This document shows, piece after piece, positions 62,986 through 64,000 of a stretch of 64,000 nucleotides of DNA. The stretch spans positions 134,726,001-134,790,000 of the forward strand of contig OZ024744.1 of the NCBI GenBank assembly GCA_964016885.1, read 5' to 3'. The translations under genes were made by a program, and so were the position numbers. Positions within the stretch are counted from its first letter, which is position 1. Each line of letters starts with the position of its first letter. This DNA comes from Eledone cirrhosa. Lineage: Eukaryota. The notes beneath the pieces are model-generated. The model did not search any database. It was not told the origin of the DNA and was given only the letters and a program-made list of their open reading frames with translations.

Positions 62986-63202
62986 AACCCCAACTTAACT
63001 TAACCCCAACTTAACTTAACCCCAACTTCACTCAACCCCAACGTAACTCAACCCCAACTTAACTTAACCCCAACTTCACTCAACCCCAACTTAACTTAAC
63101 CCCAACTTCACTCAACCCCAACTTAAGTCAACCCCAACTTAACTTAACCCCAACTTGACTTAACCCCAACTTAACTTAGCCCCAACTTAACTTAAGCCCA
63201 AA
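62986..63202 (-). repeat. Inverted block 26, lineage A, 217 bp
   Basis: Counterpart of block 15. Confidence 0.96.
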
Positions 63203-64000
63203 GTCGGGGTTGAGTTAAGTTGGCGTTAAGTTAAGTTAGGCTTAACTTAAGTTGGGGGTAAGTTAAGTTGGGGGTAAGTTAAGTTGGGGTTAAGTTAAGT
63301 TGCGGTTAAGTTGGGGTTAAGTTAAGTTAGGGTTAAGTTAAGTTGGCGTTGAGTTAAGTTGGGGTTAATTAAGTGGTGGTTATGTTAAGTTGGGGTTAAT
63401 TTAAATTGGGGTGAAGTTAACTTTGTGGTTAAGTTAAGTTGGGGTTAAGTTAAGTTGGGGTTAAGTTCGGGTTGAGTTAAGTTGGGGTTGAGTGAAGTTG
63501 GGGTTAAGTTAAGTTGGGGTAAAGTTAAGTTGGGGTTAAGTTAAGTCGGTGTTAAGTTAAGTTGTGGTTGAGTTAAGTTGGGGTTAATTTAAGTTGGGGC
63601 TAAGTTAATTTGTGGTTAAGTTAAGTTGGGGTTAAGTTAAGTTGGGGTTAAGTTAAGTTGGGGTTAAGTTAAGTTGCAGTTAAGTTAAGTTGAGGTTCAG
63701 TTAAGTTGGGGTTAAGTTAAGTTGGGGTTAAGTTAAGTTGGGGTTCAGTTAAGTTGGGGTTAAGTTAAGTTGGGGTTAAGATGGGGTTAAATTAAGTTGG
63801 GGTTAAGTTAAGTTGGGGTTAAGTTAAGTTGGGGTTAAGTTAAGTTGGGGTTAATTTAAGTCGGGGTTAAGTTAAGTCGGGGTTAAGTTAAGTTAGGGTT
63901 CAGTTAAGTTGGGGTTAAGTTAAGTTGGGGTTGAGTTAAGTTGGGGTTGAGTTAAATTGGGGTTGAGTTAAGTTGGGGTTGAGTTAAGTTGGTGTTGAGT

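Larger units (their letters stand above)
1..64000 (+). repeat. 16-bp tandem satellite array, consensus GGGGTTAAGTTAAGTT (~4,000 monomers), running off both window edges
   Basis: The monomer can be read directly throughout the window. The consensus has 6 G, 6 T, 4 A and no C on the + strand. Recurrent variants include GGGGCTAAG, GGGGTTGAG, TTAATTTAAG, TTGTGG, TTGGTG, GTCGGGG and the 11-bp GGGGTTAAGTT. Confidence 0.99.
55709..64000 (+). repeat. Copy 2 of the long-range duplication (continues past the window end)
   Basis: The offset is 26,952 bp, then 27,000 bp after a 3-monomer gain near 58.95 kb, then 26,999 bp after a 1-bp loss near 62.5 kb. Confidence 0.92.

Noticed and set aside
34574-63202. 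Inversions as recombinase-controlled phase-variation switches or telomere-fusion sites
   Set aside because: No copy of the block appears in the flipped-back state, no recombinase or distinct recombination sites are present, and the short fixed length with shared variants fits one amplified event rather than repeated fusions.
1-64000. Protein-coding ORFs or repeat-encoded peptide
   Set aside because: TTAA occurs twice per monomer, giving TAA on both strands, and the 16-bp period cycles through all frames. Stops therefore recur within about 48 bp in all six frames.
1-64000. CRISPR array
   Set aside because: The repeats are contiguous with no unique spacers, leader or cas genes.
1-64000. CpG-creating variants (GTCGGGG, TTACGTT, TTGGCG, TTGCGG) as a methylation code
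   Set aside because: In a G-rich, C-free monomer many substitutions to C fall before a G by chance. I cannot show enrichment without counting.

Overview
The whole 64-kb window is one non-coding satellite array with no unique DNA. Its monomer is a 16-bp G/T-rich unit, GGGGTTAAGTTAAGTT, i.e. (TTAAG)2 plus TTGGGG, present in roughly 4,000 copies with recurrent point variants and 11/15/17-bp length variants. I found no genes, RNA genes, CRISPR arrays or transposons; TAA stops recur in all six frames. The main internal structure is 26 short blocks (mostly 216-217 bp, about 13.5 monomers, about 8% of the window) where the satellite runs on the opposite strand. Most open at a spacer-less palindromic junction (GGGGTT|AACCCC). 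All close at the same junction (AAGCC[C/A]AAA|GTCGGGG) and are followed by the same ~330-bp variant-rich flank. The blocks fall into two lineages (A and B) that usually occur as B-then-A pairs. They sit in nested higher-order duplications with periods of about 1.0, 2.0, 3.0, 3.4, 4.5 and 27-28 kb. The sequence looks like eukaryotic centromeric, pericentromeric or subtelomeric heterochromatin, but I cannot identify the organism or function from sequence alone. Coordinates were read by eye, and duplication boundaries are approximate.
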